This document shows positions 56,648 to 64,000 of a stretch of DNA of 64,000 nucleotides, one piece after another. The translations under genes were made by a program, and so were the position numbers. The number at the start of each line of letters is the position of its first letter. Positions within the stretch are counted from its first letter, which is position 1. The DNA is taken from positions 132,742,001 to 132,806,000 of the forward strand of contig OX597818.1 of the NCBI GenBank assembly GCA_951406725.2, in the 5' to 3' direction. The DNA is from Octopus vulgaris. Taxonomy: Eukaryota. The notes under the pieces were generated by a model. That model saw nothing but the letters and a program-made list of their open reading frames with translations. It made no database searches and had not been told where the DNA came from.

Positions 56648-56687
<40 letters not shown>

Positions 56688-56820
56688 AGTGAAAGATGTA
56701 TGGTGATGGAGGAGGATAGTTGTTGACTCAGTGGTGTGGGTGATCAATGAATGTGTAGATGGAAAGAACAGTGTTAATGGATAAAGGGTGGATGACAAGT
56801 GAAATGGTTCTGGGCAATAA

Positions 56821-57243
56821 TTAATGCACCCTTTTAAAGCCTAGCCAGGCTCATGGGCCTGATTTCTTGGTTTCTATGGTGTATGTGTTCCTCAACTGGA
56901 TGGGATGCAAGTCCATTGCAGTATTACTCATTTTTGCCAGCTGAGTGGACTGGAGCAACATGAAATGAAGTGTTTTGCTCAAGAACACAACACGTCGCCC
57001 AGTCCAGGAATTGAAACCACAATCTTACGATCATGGTACTGACACCCTAACCACTAAGCCATGTGCCTCCACAGTTAATGCACCCTTTTAAAGCCTAGCC
57101 AGGCTCATTTTTGAGTGGACTGGAGCAACATGAAATTAAATGTTTTGCTCAAGAACACAACACGTCGCCCGGTCCAGGAATTGAAACCACAATCTTACGA
57201 TCATGAGTCCAACACCCTAACCACTAAGCCATGTACCTCCACA
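56821..57243 (-). mobile_element. Tandem pair of family D-related SINEs
   Basis: Two head-to-tail copies inside one TSD GTTCTGGGCAATAA (56807/57244). Confidence 0.85.
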
Positions 57244-58589
57244 GTTCTGGGCAATAAGAAAAGTAAAAGGTATGGAGGAAGAGTTGCAGTTAACTATATG
57301 ATGGGGATAACTTGATGAGAAAGGAAACTGGGTAGAGGGCACAGTCTTGCATAAAGACACACAGCTCAATCAAAACTCAGTTTTGCCCAGTTGGGCGGGT
57401 CTTTTCAAGAATTGCATATTACAGTCATCTCAATCCTTTGTCCTCACGTGTGCGCATGTAAGAATGTGCCTATATGTGTTTGCATGTATATGTGTGTATG
57501 AATGTACATGTGTGTAATGCAGTTCCATAGGGAAAATATGTGCTTTTAAAAAATGCATGTTTTTTTTATAGTTATTGTAAAGAATAAATATAATTATATT
57601 TTTTTTTAGAGAAATAATCTCCACCAACATTGGCCTGCATCAGAAATTTTCTATTTTTTAAGTGAGAAACTTAAGGTAAAAAAAAAAAGGAAAATATTTC
57701 AAATATTAAAAAAAAATTTTGGAGCTTTTAATATGGCATACATCTAAATTCAATCTCACCTCATTGCTTGCACACATTATATTTTAATTTCTTCATTAAA
57801 TTGAGTCATTTCACGTTCAAAACTATGAGGAACAGGAATCAGTTGAAAAGAACTGTAATGTAATCAAACCTGTTTGAATTTTATCATGACTCTTGGTCTA
57901 TCAAACAAAAGAGATGGCGGAGGAATTTGAATTTAGTACCATATGCTAAAATTATCATTAATTATTATAGGTTCAAGCATGGCTGTGTGGTAAGAAGTTT
58001 GCTTCCCCAACACATGGTTTCAGGTTCAACTCCACTGCCTTGCACCATATGCAAGAGTCTTTTACTATATGAATGGGAAGCAGCTTGATACTCATATTTT
58101 CTGCCTGAGAGGGTTGCAGCAACATAAAGTAGCCTGCCTTACCTAAGGAATAATGAACCTCCCGATCTAGGAATCAAACCCACAACCTTATGATTGCCAG
58201 CCCAGTTGCTTAATCACAAAGCCTTGTGCCTTGTGCAGACACACACGCACGCATGCACACACATACATGTGTATGTGTGTGTGTGTGTTCGTGTGAGGTG
58301 TGGGGTGCTTAGTTTGGTGGTGAAGGGTGCTGTACCCATGGTGGCAAGATTGTAGTTTCAATCCCTGTACTGTACAATGTGTTGTGCTGTTGAGTAAACT
58401 GTTTCTCTTCATGTCACTCCTGCCCACACAGCTAGCAAAAATGAGTAATGCTGCGATGGATTGCTCAAGGTGCCACAGAATCTGGGAAACCAGGCTTATT
58501 CCTTCCGGTCATTCAAAATGTGACCGCGTGTGTACCATTGGCAATTTTTTTCCTCCGTCTTTCCTGCTTTGGATCTTTCCTTTTCCTAT

Positions 58590-58624
58590 GTTTCTGACAA
58601 AGAGCTCCGCTCAAAACGTTAAAC
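58590..58624 (+). ncRNA. CpG-decayed minimal hammerhead in a Penelope pLTR-like element (~58500-58717)
   Basis: GUUU-CUGACAA-AGAGC-UCC-GCUC-AAAAC-GUU-AAAC; restoring two G>A changes gives CUGACGA..CGAAACGUU. Confidence 0.6.
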
Positions 58625-58713
58625 CCTCCTTCTTTCCTGAGCGTCCAATAATACTATACTTGTTCCACGTCCTTGCGTTGTTGTGTTTTCTCTTTGTGTT
58701 TTCATGTTTGGAT

Positions 58714-58779
<66 letters not shown>

Positions 58780-58864
58780 TGTATGTATGTATCTATGAAT
58801 GTGTGTATATATATATATATATATGTATCTATGAATGTATGTATATATACATAAATACATATAC

Positions 58865-58899
<35 letters not shown>

Positions 58900-59303
58900 G
58901 AGATATAATAACATGCAGTAACCACACAACAGCATAGGAACACTTAAACACAAGTTATGAGGCTTTTGCAAAAAATACACTAAACAAGTATATATAAATA
59001 TATATGGATTCGGATCTCACAGGCAACCTTTCAGTATTTTCTGTGCAAGGGTGTTTTTTTAACCTGATATTCTATGGGCTGTTATTTATAGCTGCATCTG
59101 CTTCAAGTTTCACCATTAAAAGAAATTTATGCACACATACACACAAACACACTCACACATATATATGTATTTATGTTTATACACACACATATATATACAT
59201 ATATACATGTATACACACATATATATGTGTGTGTGTGTAAATATATATATATGTGTATATATGTAAATATATCTGTATATATATAAATATATATGTGTAT
59301 ATA

Positions 59304-59362
<59 letters not shown>

Positions 59363-59384
59363 TATATATATATATATATATGCA

Positions 59385-59423
<39 letters not shown>

Positions 59424-59763
59424 GCTACATACATATATTCTTTTATTTGTATGTGTGTGCATGTGTCTGTGTGTTCGTAGATGTATGTATGTGGAAGCAG
59501 AGAGTGAGAAATTGTGCATTGGGTAATGTAAGAAGATATCAGGAGGACGAGAAATAAATTGCTGATTTCAGAAGAAACACAAATTAAACAAAAACTTCAA
59601 TAACAACTAAAAGAAACAAAAAAACAAAAGAAAGAAATTCGAAATAAATATATGTATGTGTGCTTATGGAAGTTTGAGCATGATTGTGGCTGTGTATATA
59701 AATTTGTAAACATTTTTAAGTGTATGCATACTTTTATATCAAAACACACAAGCATACGCAACT

Positions 59764-59797
<34 letters not shown>

Positions 59798-60052
59798 ATT
59801 AAGTTCTTTAAATATCTGTATGCATTCAATGTATATGCATGTATATATATATATATACACACATATGTACATACATGTATATATATATATATGTGTGTGT
59901 GTGTATGTATCCCTATATATAAATATATGAATATATATTCATATACATATACGTGTGATTGTATGTATGTGGAATGTTCATATGTACTTGCACATTCCTG
60001 TACATATATATACATATATTCACATACATATGTGTGTGTATATATGTTTGCA

Positions 60053-60121
<69 letters not shown>

Positions 60122-60807
60122 CAGACACATTCACACACTTATTCTAGGCAATTGGACATGTAAGGAGAAGAATGAGAGAAGAATGGCTAGAATCAATATA
60201 TTTACATTGACAATTCGTTGTGTGGAATGGATGAGGTATTCTTCTGTTTTCTCTCAAATCTATCAAATGAGTTTTGTCCCATCCTGACAACTTTTTGAAA
60301 CACCACAAGAGGCACTGAAATCATGAATATTCAATAGGACATAATTTAAATAGTAAATATTTGAATTTTATAACAAAGAATAAACAATGGAAGTAAAAAT
60401 TTAAAAAATGAAAAAAAAAGAAAGAACGAAAGAAAGGAAAGAAAAAGAGAAAGAAAATTTTGAAAAATTATAAAATAAGGAAGAAATTTAGGAAAAGTGA
60501 CAGGAATTGATCAATTAATATAAAGATAAAGAAAAATACCAATTGTTTTGCAACACTGCCCTTCCCCACTGTACGCCACCTGGAAATATTATGAGAGAAC
60601 TTTAAATGAAAAATGTGACAAATTTCAAAGATTATGCTAGTAAGACTATTAATGTATATTATGCTAATTGGTTTGTGTTGTTGATGTCTAAGTATGGAGG
60701 AAAGATGGTACAAGGTTAAAAAGTTTGGTCTTATCTAATTGTTTCACTTTCGCTGAACCCAGCATCATGCCCATTCTAAAGCAGGACATCTGTAGATTAT
60801 CACGTTT

Positions 60808-61192
60808 AAGTTTTGGCACAAGGCCAGCAATTTTGGGGGTGAAATAGATTGATTAGACCAACTGTGATGATCAACTGGTACTTGTTTTATTGACTCCCCA
60901 AATGAATGAAAGGCAAAATTGACCTCAGTGGAACCTGAATTCAGAATATAAATGCAGACAAAATACCTATTTCTTTACTACCCACAAGGGGCTAAACACA
61001 GAGAGGACAAACAAGGACAGACAAATGAATTAAGTCGATTATATCAACCCCAGTGCATAACTGGTACTTATTTAATCGACTCCAAAAGGATGAAATACAA
61101 AGTCGACCTCAGCGGAATTTGAACTCAGAATGTAACGGCAGACAAAATACCACTAAGCATTTTTCCAGGAATCCTAACGATCCTGCTAGCTC
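60808..61192 (-). mobile_element. SINE family A, two-unit form
   Basis: Same unit junction as 9336, 9962 and 12380. Confidence 0.85.
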
Positions 61193-61261
61193 AGATAGCT
61201 CAAATATATATATATACATACATACATACACACATATAAACATACATACATACATACATAC

Positions 61262-61650
61262 AGAAGTGGCTGTGTGGTAAGTAGCTTGCCTAGCAAACAC
61301 ATGGCTCTGGGTTCAGTCCCACTGCGTGGCACCTTGCACAAGTGTCTTCTACTATAGCGTCAAGCCGACCATAGACTTGTGAGTGGATTTGGTAGATGGA
61401 AACTGAAAGAAGCCCGTCATATGTATATATATATATGTGTGTGTGTGTCTGTATCTGTTTGTCCCCCCAACATCACTTGACAACCGATGCTGGTGTGTTT
61501 ACATCCCCCTAACTTACCGGTTTGGCAAAAGAGAACAATAGAACAAGTACTAGGCTTGCAAAGAATGAGTCCTGGGGTCGATTTGCTTGACTAAAGGCGG
61601 TGCTCCAGCATGGCCACAGTCAACTGACTGAAACAAGTAAAAGAATCAAA
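61262..61650 (+). mobile_element. SINE family B
   Basis: Family B head to tail. Confidence 0.88.
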
Positions 61651-61808
61651 GAATATATATACATATATAACATATATATATATATAGCATATATATATAT
61701 ATACATACACACATATACATATATGTATATGGGTAGTCATGATAAGTATATTAGGTATTGTATATTTTACCCCAGTGTCACTTTGATGGCATGCACTGCT
61801 CTCTCACT

Positions 61809-62890
<1,082 letters not shown>

Positions 62891-64000
62891 ATGTCTTCAG
62901 TCTGGCACTGAGAAGTTTCATTACAAATAGTTTGTTGTGTTATACTGCTACATAAAAATCTCATACATTTTCAAACAATTTAACAATACTAAAATATGTT
63001 AACAAACTTAATTAATTTGCTCAAATTTCATCTGAAATAAACATTTCATATCCAAAAATAAAATAAAATAAAAAAACACGTGCAAAATTATCAATCACGA
63101 AAAAGAAACGAATTAAAAAAAAGCAAATACCTTAAAAAAAGTTTATATCAGAAAAAAATTTAGTTTTAAATTGTTGACTCCAGTTTAAATATGCTTTCGC
63201 ATTTATCTAAATTTTTCTTTTCTATACAACGAATAAAAACAAAAAAACAAAAAATTAAAATAGTGAAAAGAAAAATGAGTAATAAATACATTTGTTATCA
63301 TCTTCTCACCCCCTTTCAAACCCTACCCTACCCCTGAAGCTCACTATAACAAGAAAGATTATGTTTATTACTGTTGTTGAATTAATGTTTTTTTAAATAT
63401 TTCTATTGATGGTGGTCTCGACCTCATATTTTTGATTACACTCCATAAAATTTGTCAATCTATAAAACTAGGTAACAGCAGCACCATTTCTCTCTGTCGC
63501 CTAATCTTTCTGTATTTCTATGCCCCTTTTTTTTTCTTGTCTGTTTTTCTAATCTTTTAAATTTTATTTTTTTTTTTATGCTGGTTATTTAATTTTTTTA
63601 ATTTTTTTGCCGTTTACCACTACCCCTTCGTTTTTCTCTTTTTTTCTAAATACACTCTTTGATTTATTTATGAATAAAATTCCTCATGACTTTTGTCTGA
63701 CCTTCTCTTCTTCCACCATTATTATTATTCTTATTATGTTGTTTTTTTATCCAGATTTGTTTCTGCGCATGTTTTATGAAGTGTAAAGTTGCAGTACAGT
63801 TTCAGCATTCAGGCAAAAAAAGAAAAAGAAAAAACAAAAAAAAACAAAAGTTCATAGAACTTCAGCCAAGTGTCTTTAGACCCACCAAATACATTTTCTT
63901 CATTTCTCTCTATCATCATCTTGCTTTCTTTTTCACTTTCCCTCTTAACTCTCCCTTACTCTTTCTTCCACTTCCTTTGTATCTATCTATCTCTATCTTC

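Overview
AT-rich, repeat-saturated animal genomic DNA, most likely Octopus (inferred from the recurring tRNA-derived SINE families and very long (TA)n/(TAA)n/(CA)n tracts). Nearly all ORFs in the track are microsatellite or repeat artefacts. The window holds about 40 SINE copies in five families (A-E) plus a TAA-tailed element (F); these labels are mine. It also holds fossils of Penelope-like (RT, GIY-YIG), R4/Dong, HERO, RTE, Ty3/Gypsy, Helitron, mariner and piggyBac-like elements. One plausible host terminal exon lies on the minus strand (36230-36405), at the edge of a CpG-depleted domain covering the right half. The most notable signal is a set of minimal type I hammerhead ribozymes. The best is in a ~350-nt tandem array (30714-31415) resembling a non-LTR retrozyme. 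Others sit in short elements flanked by an inverted copy of their own 3' end, like Penelope pseudo-LTRs. All calls are by eye, repeat boundaries are approximate, and no database search was run.
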